64,000 nucleotides of DNA from the human T2T-CHM13v2.0 reference genome, Homo sapiens, in assembly GCF_009914755.1 (NCBI RefSeq), contig NC_060930.1; one strand, written 5' to 3'. Shown piece after piece: positions 26,056 to 43,725 of the stretch; positions within the stretch are counted from its first letter, which is position 1; every line of letters starts with the position of its first letter. The translations under genes were made by a program, and so were the position numbers. The notes under the pieces were generated by a model. That model worked only from the letters and a program-made list of their open reading frames with translations, did no database searches and had not been told where the DNA came from.

Positions 26056-27081
26056 ATGAAGATAAGGAAAAACCAGGGCATAAAGGCTGAAAATTCCAAA
26101 ACCAGAATGCTTCTTCTACTCCAAAGGATCACAACTCCTTGCCACCAAGGGAACAAAACTGGACAGAGAATGAGTTTGATGAATTGACAGAAGTAGGCTT
26201 CAGAAGGTGAGTAATAACAAACTCCTCTGAGCTAAAGGAGTATTTTCTAACCCAATGAAAGGAAGTTAAGAACCTTGATAAAAGGTTAGAGGAATTGCTA
26301 ACTAGAATAATCAGTTTAAAGAAGAACATAAATGACCTGATGGAGCTGAAAACCACAGCACAAGAACTTCGTGAAGCATACACAAGTATCAATAGCCGAA
26401 TTGATCAAGCTGAAGAAAGGACATCAGAGATTGAAGATCAACTTAATGAAATAAAGCATGAAGACAAGATTAGAGAAAAAAGATGAAAAGGAATGAACAA
26501 AGCCTCCAAGAAATATGGGACTATGTGAAAAGACCAAATGTATGTTTGATTGGTGTACCTGAAAGTGATGGGGAGAATGGAACCAAGTTAGAAAACACTC
26601 TTCAGTTTATTATCCAGGAGAACTTCCCCAACCTAGAAATACAGGCCAAAATTCAAATTCAGGAAATACAGAGAACACTACAAAGATACTCGTTGAGAAG
26701 AGCAACCCCAAGACACATAATTGTCAGATTCACCGAGGTTGAAATGAAGGAAAAAATGCTAAAGGCAACCAGAGAGAAATGTGGGGGCTACCCACAAAGG
26801 GAAGCCCATGAGACTAACAGCAGATCTCTCTGCAGAAACCCTACAAGCCAGAAGAGAGTGGGGGGTCAATATTCAACATTCTTAAAGAAAAGAATTCTCA
26901 ATCCAGAATTCCAGCCAAACTAAGCTTCATAAGTGAATGAGAAATAAAATCCTTTACAGACAAGCAAATGCTGAGGGATTTTGTCACAACCAGGCCTGCC
27001 TTACAAAAGCTCCTGAAAGAAGCACTAAATATGGAAAGGAAAAACCGGTACCAGCCACTGCAAAAACAACCCAAAATGTAA
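26056..27081 (+). pseudogene. Disrupted L1 ORF1p (RNA-binding/chaperone)
   Basis: Fragments KNINDLMELKTTAQELREAYTS and MKRNEQSLQEIWDYVKRPN...RATPRHIIVRF, split by stops and frameshifts. Confidence 0.93.
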
Positions 27082-27144
27082 AGGCCATTGACACTATGAA
27101 GAAACTGTATCAACTAATGGGCAAAATAACCAGTTAGAATCATA

Positions 27145-30980
<3,836 letters not shown>

Positions 30981-31282
30981 ATGAGAACATATGGGCACAG
31001 GGAGGGGAACATCACACACTGGGTCCTGTTGGGGGGTGGGGAGAAACAGGAGGGATAGCATTAGGAGAAATACCTAATGTAGATGACGGGTTGATGGGTG
31101 CAGCAAACCACCATGGCACATGTATATCTATGTAACAAACATGCATATTCTGCACATGTATCCCAGAACTTAAAGTATCATAATAAAAAAAGCCCATAAA
31201 ATCACCACCATTTTTTGGTTAATATATAAATTTCTACTCATAGATCTTAACAGCCTATGCATATAAGCTGGATTTTTTTACA

Positions 31283-31590
31283 TTAAAAAAATTTTAACAT
31301 TGAGATAATTGTATGTGTTTATGGCATACAATGTGATGTTTCAATATACACATACATTATATAAAGTTCAAATCAGGGTAGTTAGTCTATCCATCACCTC
31401 ATGCATTTATCTTTTTTTTGAGGTGAGAACATTCAGAAACCTCTCTTCTAGCTATTTTATAATATACAATTCCTTACTGTTAACTAGTCATCCTGCTGTG
31501 CTGCAAGAGAATACCCAAATTTATTCCTCTTATCCAACTGTAACTTTCTACCTGTTGGTCAACCTCTCTCCATCATCTCCCACCCCACTG
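31283..31590 (-). mobile_element. L1MA-type 3' end fragment
   Basis: ATAATTGTATGTGTTTATGGCATACAATGTGATGTTT...CCATCACCTCATGCATTTATC matches an antisense L1MA 3'UTR. Confidence 0.75.
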
Positions 31591-32184
31591 GATCGCTTTT
31601 AATCTAAGAACACCACTGTTACTAACAACACTATATCTGAGAATCAGTTTTCTCATACCTTAACATTTAAAAAAATGTTGAGAAGAATTTTTGAGAGGGA
31701 ATTGAATAAAAGTGAAAAAGATATGGTTTCTGGGGGTGGTATGAGAAATTAAGATGAGGAATGAAGTATGTTCTAGTTTGAAAGAAATGGGCAGCTATAA
31801 GAACATGGAGAAATTACTTTGGAAGTAGGAGAATCAGAAATAAAACTTCATTTTAAATTTACTATTTTGATACCAAAATTGTATCTTAAGATGTTTGGAT
31901 GCTTTAAGGCAAATGGAAGGTATTTTCAAAAAGTGAATTCTAGATGAAAGGAGTGATATGCTCCGAGTCTCAGATGTTAGAAATATGAAGTAATTAATCT
32001 GAGTAGACAATTTAAAAATGAGTGGATAGAAAGACACGTGTTAGTAGTTTTATTTTTCAGAAATCTTAAGTAACAGTGATAGAAATTCAATTTCAATGAG
32101 ATAAGGCTTAATGGAGAATGTATCATCTCTTGGATTCAAAGCACAGGCAAGTGAAAAAGCTGGCCTCAAGGTTAGCAAGAAGAG

Positions 32185-32256
32185 CCTTGCACAAGTAGCA
32201 GGACTTTTTCTATCTTGTATCCTTGCACAAGTAGCCGGATTTTTTCTATCTTGTAT
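32185..32256. repeat. 36-bp tandem duplication (34/36 identical)
   Basis: CCTTGCACAAGTAGCAGGACTTTTTCTATCTTGTAT followed by CCTTGCACAAGTAGCCGGATTTTTTCTATCTTGTAT. Confidence 0.95.
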
Positions 32257-34379
32257 TTCAGTTCATCATAATTCTTCAAATATGGCCTAAGACATTCAAT
32301 TAAGAGCAACTTAAACCAGGGACTCGAATGCAATTAGGATTTTCCTGATCTCTTCTGTTTGTTCCTTTCTGTAGTTTCACTCCATGCTCTAGCTTTAGTT
32401 TCTCTATGAAGCAGGGATAATGGTCAGAGACAACAATAATTGCAAACATTTTTGCAACAACAAAAAATAGATATCTCTTCCACCAAATATACTGTGGAAA
32501 TCCCTAGGGAAGACTGACCTACTGTCCAAACTCTGCACCTCACATAAGCATCGTGTCTAGAGGATGGCCAGAGTGTGAAAGCAGTAGTGATGGCCTGACC
32601 ATGTGTTCAGGGTAGGAGGGGTTAGTTAGTAAGGAATGAGCTAAAAGGAGTATTGAGCACATGATAGTAACTCCTGTGAAATACATTAGGGAATTGGAAA
32701 ATGGAGACAACTCTTGTCTATTGTAATTTGTTTGTCCTCTGAATTAGACAGAATAATTTGCCTATTTTTGTAGAGTGCTTGAGAAACTAATAGAGTTGAG
32801 AAAGATTTGCAGAAAGGAATGAAAGATATGTCTCATTGGTAACAGTTTCTCTTCTGCAAATCCGAGATGCTAGAAAGAATTCAAATTTGTTTATTTTGTC
32901 TTACAAATTCTGTGTTGCAATACTTTGATCTTCTCTTCAAACTTCTTTTCAAAGTTAAATAAACATGTGAAATACAATCTAAGATAAAGCAATAAAAATT
33001 CAAGATAGTTCAGTTGTTTTATCAATTTACGATTGTGTGAACTCAGTGGACAGTCTCATCCCATCAGCAAATTATCTCCCTGTTACAAACATTCCTAATA
33101 ATCTGAAACCTCCCATCCAAGCACATTTTTGATACCATTTTGGTTTCACAATCTGTCACTTGAAGTAGCTTCATAAGACTATCGTAACAAAATGAATCTT
33201 GCTTTCTTCAGAGATATGAGTTGTTAGTAATAGAAACAACTGAAAAATATCTAATGTTCCCATTTTCTTCAGGGAAATAAAGATACTCAATCTTATTTAT
33301 GACCAAAAACAAAAACAAATATTAGAGTTTTTAAAAAAATAAAATAAATGATAAAAACAATGCAAAGAATGCCATTATTTTTCACATATTCATAAAAAGC
33401 AAGGGTAAATATATTTAAAAAGAAATAAACTATTCTTCTGCAGAAAAAACATTACAAATTTTAATATCATAAAACCACCCTAGAATTACATTTATAAAAT
33501 ACTACACCCAGAGAACTACAGAAAAATGACAGGATGGTCAACGCTAAATGTGTTTGTATTTAAGACACTTTCATTTCTCTAATGTTGGCATGGTATAATT
33601 TTGCAGTTAAAATTTGTCATCACCCATTTGGTCTTGAATTATCTGATAGAAAGTTATAATTTGAGAGTTATTTATAACAAGATTTGGGAAAACACATAAG
33701 ATAACTTTTAGAATTTATTGTTGCAAAGACTACAGGCATGTACCGTTCCCCACTTTATACTGAACTTAAATCCAATGAATAAGCAAAAAACCTGAAAATC
33801 TCTGACAAATTGACAACACCAATTTCCATGATGATACTTCTCTTGGAAATAACTGCTAGTGCAAACTATTAATACCAGTGACAAGCAAGATGTCAATTGA
33901 TTTGCGTAAAGCATATCCAAGGTTACCTAAGCAATTTGTTTCAAATTGAAACTAAGAGATATTACTTATAACAGGAGAATAAATTCAGAATCTATAACTA
34001 GAGTGAAAGAGACTAACATTTCCTGAATACCTGTATTGTAGTGGACACCTAAGTACTCTGAGAGACGAAGGGGTGGTACTAAAAAATGGTGATGGAATGT
34101 TTATTGGAGAAAAAGAAGATGATTAAAAAGTCTTTGTGCGACTAGCATTATACCAGATAGTTTTATGCGTAACGTCATATTTTTACTCACTACCATTCCT
34201 TTTTATTTCTTCCAAGTTCTACAGTGTTTGTTTAATGAATATCTAGACTTAATTCCCATTGGTAGGTGTTTTCTATATCCACCCTAGTAATTCATTTTTA
34301 TTACACAGACTTTCTGTCCCTCAGCACTCATTTTTTTTTCCTGAAACATTCTAATACAATAGAAATAATTTTTGCCTAA

Positions 34380-34891
34380 TATAATAGTTGCCTATTGCTG
34401 CCGTAACAAATTACCACAGACTTAATGGCATAAAGCAACACAATTTTATTGTCTAACAGTTATGGAAGTAGGAAGCCTGAAATAGGTTTTACCAAGACAA
34501 GACTCTGGTGTCAGCATGGTCACACTCCCTCCATCTGGAGGCCATAGGGGAGAATAAGCCTTTATGCCTTTTTCGCTTTTAGAGCTGGATTCCTTGCATT
34601 CGTTGGACTATGGCACCTTCCTTCCTCTTCAAAGCTAGCAGTGCAGTGTATCAGATCTCCTTCTGTTTCTTCCTTCAAATCACCTTCTGTCCCTTTGATT
34701 CCATGCTTTCCTCTTATAAGGGTCCCTGTGATTACATCACGTCCGCCTAGATATTCCAAGCTAATATCCCTATCTTAAGATCTTTGTTTTAACTATATCT
34801 GCCAAATCTCTGTTACTGTATAAGGTAATATTCATAGGTCCCAGGAATTCAGACCTGGATATCTTGGTGGGCTATTATTCAGCCTATTAAA
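34380..34891 (-). mobile_element. MLT1 (MLT1C/D-like) MaLR LTR
   Basis: TAGTTGCCTATTGCTGCCGTAACAAATTACCACAGACTT...TTATAAGGGTCCCTGTGATTACAT...ATTATTCAGCCTA. Confidence 0.85.
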
Positions 34892-35165
34892 CCTAGGTTA
34901 TGCTTTTATGCCATGCGTAGTACTATAACAAATAAAGTCTGAATCATCTCATTTCAAAAAAATGTACTTTGTAATGAGTAGCCATTGAAAGCCTAATGCA
35001 GCTTTGCCATTGCCAAGAACATGACACAATTATTTGGTTTCTTCAGAAACCAATTCTTCAGGTAACCAACATGATAGAAACATCAGAAATATTAGTGCTA
35101 TGCCACTAATATTTTCAGTTACTGGAGATTTTATTGACTGTCTTTAGAGGAGTTGGCACTGTAAT

Positions 35166-35527
35166 TGCTATTGTCTAAATATTGATGCTCCTCCTAAAAT
35201 TCATATGTTGACATCCTCATGCCCAAGGTGATAATGTTAAGAGAAGGGACCTTTGGGAAATTATTAGGTCATGGTGGTTGAGTTCTTATGAATGATATTA
35301 GTGCCTTTAAAAAGAGGCCTAAGAGATCCCTCGCCCCTTCTACCATGTGAGGAATACAGAGAAGGCACTATTCACGAGCCAGGAGACCAGCCTTCAGCAG
35401 GCACCAAATCTGCTGGAGCCTTGATTTTGGATTTCCCAGTCTCTAGAAGGGTGAAAAGTAAATTTCCATTATTTATAAGCTACCCAATCTACGGTATTTT
35501 GTTACAGCAGCTGAAAGGACTAAGACA
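35166..35527 (+). mobile_element. MLT1A-type MaLR LTR
   Basis: TGCTA...AAAATTCATATGTTGA...GGTATTTTGTTACAGCAGC..GGACTAAGACA; about 360 bp. Confidence 0.88.
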
Positions 35528-37672
35528 CCATATACTTTTAAGAAAAATCTAAAAGTTAATTACAGTATTTTAAGCTATTAACCAAATTATAATTTTTTAA
35601 AGAAAAATATTGGTTAGAATGAAAGTTAACTGGCTATGCTAGATTTATAATTTTTTACTCTTCTTCCCTCAATGCACAATAGGGTGCAAAGCCTGCAACA
35701 CTAGAAAAATGTTCCAATTTCTAGAAGGAGTTTCCATTCACTAAAACATAGATGCATAATTTATCAGCAAACAATTAATGACTAGAAGACAATTGCATCA
35801 AGTGTTCCAATAATAAGAATTTCAGGTTTTAAATAGTATTACCTAGTAGCTCCTGAGATAGTTTCTTGTGAGTTGCTATGAAAATTGAGAGATGACATGA
35901 AAAATGGTGAGCTATAAAAAAATTACAACACCAAAAACCATGACTGATGGCCTATTCTCAGAACCCAGGAAGAATTTTCATCGCTTTTAATAGCAAAGAT
36001 ACTGGATTGAGAAAATTACCGGAGACCACATATGCATTACTTCATGTCAACAAACTATCCTAACTCTCTGAATGAAGATAGCAAGATACATAATGAATTA
36101 CCTATTTTCTGATCCTTAACCCAAGCCCAGAAAATACTGCATTCATCTCTCTGCTATATATCATAATATTTTTGAAGAACTTAAAGTATGTTAGTAACTC
36201 CAACAACTTTCTACACTTTGCCCCATCTTGGAAAATAATTGGCAAATGGGTAGTTGAGTTGTATAGTAAGCAAATCAGTGCTTCCTGAGCATAAAGTCAG
36301 TGCTTGAAATGTAATTGCTGAAAGAAAGAATGTATGAGGAATGTATTTATTATCATTACAAGTAAAGCAGCCTTGGTATAGAAAGAGTCTCCAAGCATAA
36401 TGTAGCTATTAGGACTGCATAAAGTTTAAAATATAAGAAAACCCAACTTTCAGTAGTTTGACTAAATAGGAGTTTTTTTGTTTTGTAAAAGAAAAAATTC
36501 AAGCATTAGGCTATAGTGCCACTGATGTCAGAGACCTGGCTTCAGGTAGCTTACAATCTACCCACTCATTTTGTAGTTTTGATTCTAATGCTTGTGGTGG
36601 TAACATTCATCAAGAGATAGCTGTTGAGCCTTCATGCATTGCATCCACATTCAATAGGAATGGGCAAAAGGTAGGACTATTTCTATCTGATCTTTTTCTT
36701 AGGAAAGCAAAAGTCTTCCTAGAAATCCTTGCAACAGACTTTCTACCAGATATCATTGGCCAGAACTAGGGCTAGGATCACATCAGGTTTTGCAAATACT
36801 AAACAACCTACATTTTACTCTCCCATAGAAATTATGGAATTCAACTAACTTTGAGGTAGGGGAGATCTCTCTTAAAAAAAAGTATAATGGTTCAATATAT
36901 TAAAAAATAACTATAAAAATAGAAAGAGAAATAAACTGGTAAGCATTTTTCCACAAATAAAACAGGAAAAGAGTTGATATCCTTACTTTCTAAAAATTTC
37001 TGCAAAGTAATAATTTAAAGTGTCACTACTATCCCCAAAAATATGAGCAAAGGTTATGGATGTTCATAGAAAAAAAAATGCATGTGACTAACAATGTGTT
37101 TAGAAAATATCCAACAACTTGGTAATGAAAAAATCAAGTAAGTTAAATGTCATTTTTCACCTATCATATTTTCAATCCATGATAGCAAAGTATTTTCTTA
37201 GATGAAAAAACCTTATATACTAACTGTAGTGGCAAAGTTGGTGCAACATCCCTGGAAAACAATTTGAAATATGTAGGAAATAATTAAAGAGCATGCTCAT
37301 TGAATAAGTAACTCTGAATCCAGGAATCACTTCTTAGCAAACAATCATTTGGTAGACAAATAATTCTTCAGAAACCTCATTTCTTAATTTGAAACAATAA
37401 AAAAATCTTTAAGATAAAACAATAAGAAAACATCTAATATAAAACAACCAGAAAACATTTAAGATAAAAATACGTTTCCAGAATACCTATGGCAAAACTA
37501 CACGGATAGAGAACACATTTGTGGCTACCAGAAATTAGAGGGAGGAAGTGGATGTGACTACAAGGGTTTAAATGAGGGAATTTGGGGGGATGTTGGAATT
37601 AGTCTGTATTCTTTTGGTGAAGGTGATTACCAGATTCTATGAATGTGTTAAAATTCATAAAATGCTATACCA

Positions 37673-37977
<305 letters not shown>

Positions 37978-37990
37978 AAAATGCTATACC

Positions 37991-38059
37991 AAAAAAAAAG
38001 AGGAAGAAGAAGAAAAAGGAAAAGAAGGAGGAAGAGGAAAGGGAGGAGAGAAGAGAAAA
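37991..38059. repeat. Pure polypurine tract (69 nt)
   Basis: Only A and G from 37991 to 38059. Confidence 0.93.
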
Positions 38060-39369
38060 TAATTATTTATCTCTACATAAATTTTAAAAAATTGTGACCA
38101 ATATGCATAATATATGTGTGTTGGGAGAAAGCTGGAAAAGAAAACCAAACAAAAATGGAAAATATCACTCACTTCTTAGTATTCTCTTCCCAAGATAGTA
38201 CAATTAAGAGCTAGTAATAGCTAGAAATCTTTCTATAGCCTTTACTGTATACATATGCACTCATATCTATAGATAAAATATATATTTGAATCATACTGTA
38301 TTTAGTACATACTGCTTTATCATATATAAAATAGATATTGTTATATAATTACATTTTATATACACACTATATAATGATTAAATATCATAGCTTATGAATG
38401 TAATTTATTTAACCATTTTGCATACTTAATGATATAATTATGATCTCTATTTTATTTACATATTCATATATAACTATTTTAATCATAAAGAGATATAAAT
38501 ATTTTCTAACAAAATACCTGACAATATTCTTGAAGAATGGTTGCTACGGTGATTTTGGTTTAGCTATAAACAATCTTAGGTGCTTGTTATATTCCTTTTT
38601 CACACCTGTCAAGGTGCTGCCAGGACAGCCTGTCTGGCATAATATACTGCTCTTTTCTTTCTTTTGCTGTGAACTACAAATGTAGTGATTGCAAAATGGC
38701 CACCTTATATACTTTTTTCACACTCAGTGAATTAAAAAGAACAACGAAATATTTATTAAGGAAGATTGTTAGTCTTTGAACATTATCAAAATACAGAATT
38801 TTAAAGCTCTAGTATTTACAAATATGATATACTTTTATATAATTTAAGCTCTGTGGTAAATTTGTTAATTTCCCATGTTGCAACAATTGTAAAGATATAT
38901 AAGAACTACTATGCTGTTTGAAGGGGCAGATCTTTGAAAATTATAGTGCATTTCATTATGATACCAAAGCAAGAGAAACTAAATTATCAATGATTTATAT
39001 GTACACAAAACCCAATAGCAGTCAAATTTATTAAATTCAAGAAGAGACTGATGGAAAATAATATAAATTATCTCCATGCATATATGTACCACTATTCCAG
39101 GCAGTAACTCTGATATCAAAGAAAGATTGTTTTTTTTGCAACAAGCTTTCCTACCTTTTCTCTAAGGTGTAGTGCAAGGTCAGAGGGCCATCTTATAATA
39201 TCCAGGTGGGAAGGGGGTGCATCAGGGGTATGTATTGCATAATGGAGCATCCAGTTATCCAGTTTAATTTTCACAACATTCAAAAAGTGTACAGTTCAGA
39301 GCCTGGTTATCAAGTCCAAGCAGGCATAAGGGAAAGGGGCTGGAGCCCCTTTTTTTTACACTCTTGCTG

Positions 39370-39960
39370 AGTGTAAAATATCAAGCAATGAAGTAGGCAT
39401 GAGGCAGCTGCATGGTGACTACCAGGGGCTCAAGGACTATAGCTGCTGGATTGCCTTCCCACACTTCCATCAATCCAGCCAGTAGGAGAAAATATGACCA
39501 AATGAATTCAGACAGTTTATTACTTTCACAGACAGCAACAGCAAAATCAGTGTGCTGTCACCTCCCTTCATCCTAGTCCCACATGAACACACCAAGTTAC
39601 AGAGGTTGCATGACAGGCAGCATGGGTGCTGGGCAGCTCTAACACCAGAGAGTCAATGTTAACCTACAGCCAGATAGTTTAAAGCCTGCAGTTGTACCCT
39701 AACAGAGGGTAAGGTAGAAAGTCTGTTGCTCAACTGAAACTAGTAAGATGGACTAGAAACAGCCTAGTGGTAGTTTCCCCAAGATAGGAGAAGTAGCATG
39801 GTCTTGTGACAACTCCTCATCAGGTGGATTGTTTTTCTGTGCTCAAGAGAAATTATAAGGCAATCTGCAAAGATGGTTACAATGCTGTCAAGCCTTTCCC
39901 ACACAATCTATGTGGACATGTTCAAAATTACCAGGACTCTGGGAGCTGTTCCCTACATAG
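39370..39960 (-). mobile_element. Probable old ERVL LTR (MER54/MER74-like)
   Basis: AATTCAGACAGTTTATTACT..CAGACAGCAACAGCAAAATCAG resembles the antisense poly(A) region of these LTRs. Confidence 0.4.
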
Positions 39961-42559
39961 AATGACTTATGAGATGTTAAGCATTAAAACTATGACTAGC
40001 AAGATGCTGCAAGATCCTTACCTATGGATTCTGAAGCCAAAGATACCAGCATGTACTAAGTTGGTGAGTTTTTAATCATGACACTGGCATATCTTTCATA
40101 CTGGTAAGCAATACATGAAAAGAATGAATTTGTGAATAACATATGTTTTTTAATTAATTTGTGCACTGAGCTGCTATGTATTAACCAGGCCCGGTTGGCC
40201 CTAAGCCACAATTAATTTGCAAATAGATTAATAGGCTAATCTGCTTTTTGTCACTTACCCCCAACCTGTGAACACACTATAGCTCAGGTGCAGCCCAGAC
40301 TCTCTGACTGGAGAAAAGTCCCTGTCCACATGCCAGATGTCTCATTTCTGCTTGAATACCTATGAATCATGACTTCATAGAAGCTTCCTTACATTATTAA
40401 ACAGTTGATTGAGACCAATGCTGCAACTTTTAAGTTACTTCTAAGTGCAAAGTTTGGTTTTTGTTTTTCTTTTTTTCCCCCCTCTACTGGCAAATACCAG
40501 ATTAACATGCTACCTCTTATACATGGTTGTTCTCAACAAACTAAGACATGCTTATCTTCATTTTCTGGTTATCTGCTCCCAGAAATTGTAGGGGCCAGAG
40601 AAAAGAGTGTTCCAGCATTGATTGTTTCCTCCAGCACAGAAATATAATTCACTGCTCTGACTTTCAAGACATAAGTCATAGGCAAAATCAGAGAATCTAA
40701 ATAGGTAGCAAAAGAATGCACAGCTTTTAAATCTCTTACACTGCAGTTATAGAAGGTAGCCATAATAATAACATTTTAGTGATAAGTACCTGACAGGGGA
40801 CATGGCATCTCCTGTTCCTATGCTGACTTCTGACATTGTCTCCTTTCTCTTTTTAAAATTGTCTACTTAAGTTTATGTCCTGGACCTGTGAATCCATCTA
40901 GTTGGTCAACACATAATTATTGAACTAGGTTGAGAACTGTTGTAAATTTCTGCCTTGGTTAAGTGTGATTTTGTAGGAGACAAACAATCAACAACTCAAG
41001 AGAACTTCAGTTCATAATTGTAATGAAGACAATGAAATTGGCGATATGGCCAATAGTTGGTGGAGTGTTTCTTTAGAGGTCTTCTAGATCTGGATCATCA
41101 AGCTCTTCACCATCAGTTTCTAAATCTCACAGTGGAAAAGCAACCAAAATAGAGACACTTTTATGAAAATAGAACTTTATATGCTGCAATTTTCTACTTA
41201 GCGCTATTAATTCAATTTATCCAAGATTATCTTCTGGAAATATTGCGAGCCTATTGCATATAAGAAAAGTTATAGAATATACTAATTCTCCCTATTGGAT
41301 CAAAACCAAACCATTTGAATGTGGATGCTTTCAATGTGTAATATCGTTACCTTCATTTTATAATCTTATAGCATAAAAATGACCTTTGCCCATTTTTTTG
41401 CCTGGTACGACTTTTACTAATTCTTTTAAGTTCAGTTACAATCAATCCCATTTAGCAAGCAAAATCTTCCAGTTCTGTTAGAACTCCAACCTCCCTGTAA
41501 GTGCCTCTCAGGCCTGAATTATCCATGGGGTCTCTGTGTCCCTTACTAGCCTATGAGCTCTCTGAGGCTGGGCAGTTCCTAGCCCCCTGGGAGAGATAAA
41601 CAAAAACAAGAAAGAATAAATGACTAGGCAATGTGAGAGATCATGTGCGGTCTAAAGGAAACAATAAACTTTTAAACTAATATTGGAGACAACTGCATGT
41701 GTGACAAATGACTTGTTTTCCATTTACAATTTTAAGTTGCAAGTCAAAAATCAGGTGTTGCTTACTTATGTAAGAAATAGGTTTAAATACATAGTCTAGG
41801 AATACCTTTGCTTCTCTAAAGACCTGGAACATTTACTCCTCATAGATAATGAGAACTGCATTAACTAACATTTCCCTTTTTCTTTGACTTCTAGGGATAT
41901 CAGACACAAATTTATGTCTCAATTATAGCATCGTCTTTGGACCTTATGTTTGCTTATCTGTGTTCTCTTTTCCCCTTGGTCTGTTCCACTTCTTCTGATT
42001 TATATTTTCCCTGGTCCTGATATTTTATTTATGTTTTACTATATTGTTGGTTGTGTTTTTATAAGCCATTCTAAATCCTTTGTGAATTAACTTGGGATAT
42101 AAATACGCTACTTGCTTAAAACTGTTCTGAGTGCATTACCTGTACCATCTCTAAGGCACATGAATTCTCCAAAAAACAAAACAAAACAAAATTCCAGGTT
42201 TTAAAGTTCTTTTTCTTGTAAGTTTTTTTAAAGAAACAGTAACACTTTTTAAAACAACATTGTAAGTAATTTCATTTGTAAAATATGAACTAAATTTTAA
42301 TTACTATGAAATTTTATTCCCTTAATTCTAAGCCCCTCTCAAAGAAAAAAGGGGTTATTTTAAATATAAGCAGAAATAATTCTTCCAAGGTCTTATAACT
42401 CTCATTTTATTTTCATTTTAATTTGTACATCTTCACTTTCATGTTTATTATTTCTGGGTATGATTATGGACTTGTTCATAATCTACATGTATCATTCCTA
42501 TATGATAATTTCAGGACCTAGCTTGACTCTCATGAAATAATTTAAGACAAAAAAGAGAA

Positions 42560-43130
42560 AATGTATAATAACATAGAAGGTATTGATAGCTTTGTGTACA
42601 TAAATTTTAATCACCTGTATGGAATTACAAGAAATTTTCAAATGCAAAAGAAAATCTAGAAAAATTAATTAATTCACATGGCTAACTAAGGGAGAATTTC
42701 TTTAATGGACAAATAGCTCTTTCAAATTACTAAGAAAAAGAGTAATAACTCAAAAGGGAAATAGTTAAAGTATATAAATATGTAGGTCACAAAAACTGAA
42801 TAAAAATATGAAAAGATGTGTAGCTTCATCATAATAAATGCAATGAAGATATAAAAATCAATGAGCTGTCACTTTTTATTTATCAGACAGGCAAAAATTA
42901 AGTCATTTGATGACCGTACATTTTAACCAGGATACCAAGGAATAACCCCTCTTACCTTCTATTGATAGCATATATAGCTGCGAATTTCAGAAGGCAATGT
43001 TATTAACATTTTCAAATGTACATAATCTTTAATCTAGTCAATTGACTCCTGGGGATTTTTACATACATATTTGAAATATAAATATTTTAAAGGAATTTTA
43101 ATTCCATATTACTTGTAATCCTGAGGTAAC
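42560..43130 (+). mobile_element. L1ME-type ORF2/3' remnant
   Basis: AAAATATGAAAAGATGTGTAGCTTCA...TTTATCAGACAGGCAAAAATTAAG pattern. Confidence 0.55.
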
Positions 43131-43169
43131 TAGAAAAAGTATTTACCAAAAAGTGACTAATTACATTTG

Positions 43170-43500
43170 ATTGTTTGCTTAATAAGTAATTATTGATCAC
43201 TATGTGCCAGGCTTAGTTCTAGGTTTGGTAACCCACCGTGAACAAGATAAAAGCTTATATTCTAGTGGGGTCATACATGTGAATGAGTAACAAATATACA
43301 TATTTATATACATATTCATATACAAATTCAGATTGTAGCCCATACCATAAAAGAAAGCAAAACTAAGAAAAGTGCTGAAGGAAGTGGGTGGCTTACATTA
43401 GCATGGTCAAGGATAAATTTTGAGGAGGTGGCATTTGAAGTATGACTACAGGAGGAAGGCACAAGCCACATGAAAACTAGAGGAAGAGTGTCATGGCACA
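43170..43500 (-). mobile_element. L2 LINE 3' fragment
   Basis: TATTGATCACTATGTGCCAGGC..GTTCTAGG...AGCTTATATTCTAGTGGGG...TGAGGAGGTGGCATTTGA. Confidence 0.65.
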
Positions 43501-43658
43501 TTCATACAAGGCTGCTCTTAAAAAAAATTAACAGGTCAATCTAATTGGGATTACTATAGAATGCGTTCTATAATTCTTTCCTGTTAAGCAATTGTTAACT
43601 GTCAACGACTGTTACATAAAAGTATGTATTATATAATTATTTTTGGTTAGATGAATCT

Positions 43659-43725
43659 GTGCATGCATGCCTGTGTTTCTGTGTGTGTGTGTGTGTGCAT
43701 GCACTTCTGTGTTCGTGCATGCATA
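43659..43725. repeat. (TG)n / (TGCA)n alternating purine-pyrimidine tract
   Basis: (TG)9 core at 43680-43697 with flanking TGCATG units. Confidence 0.85.
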
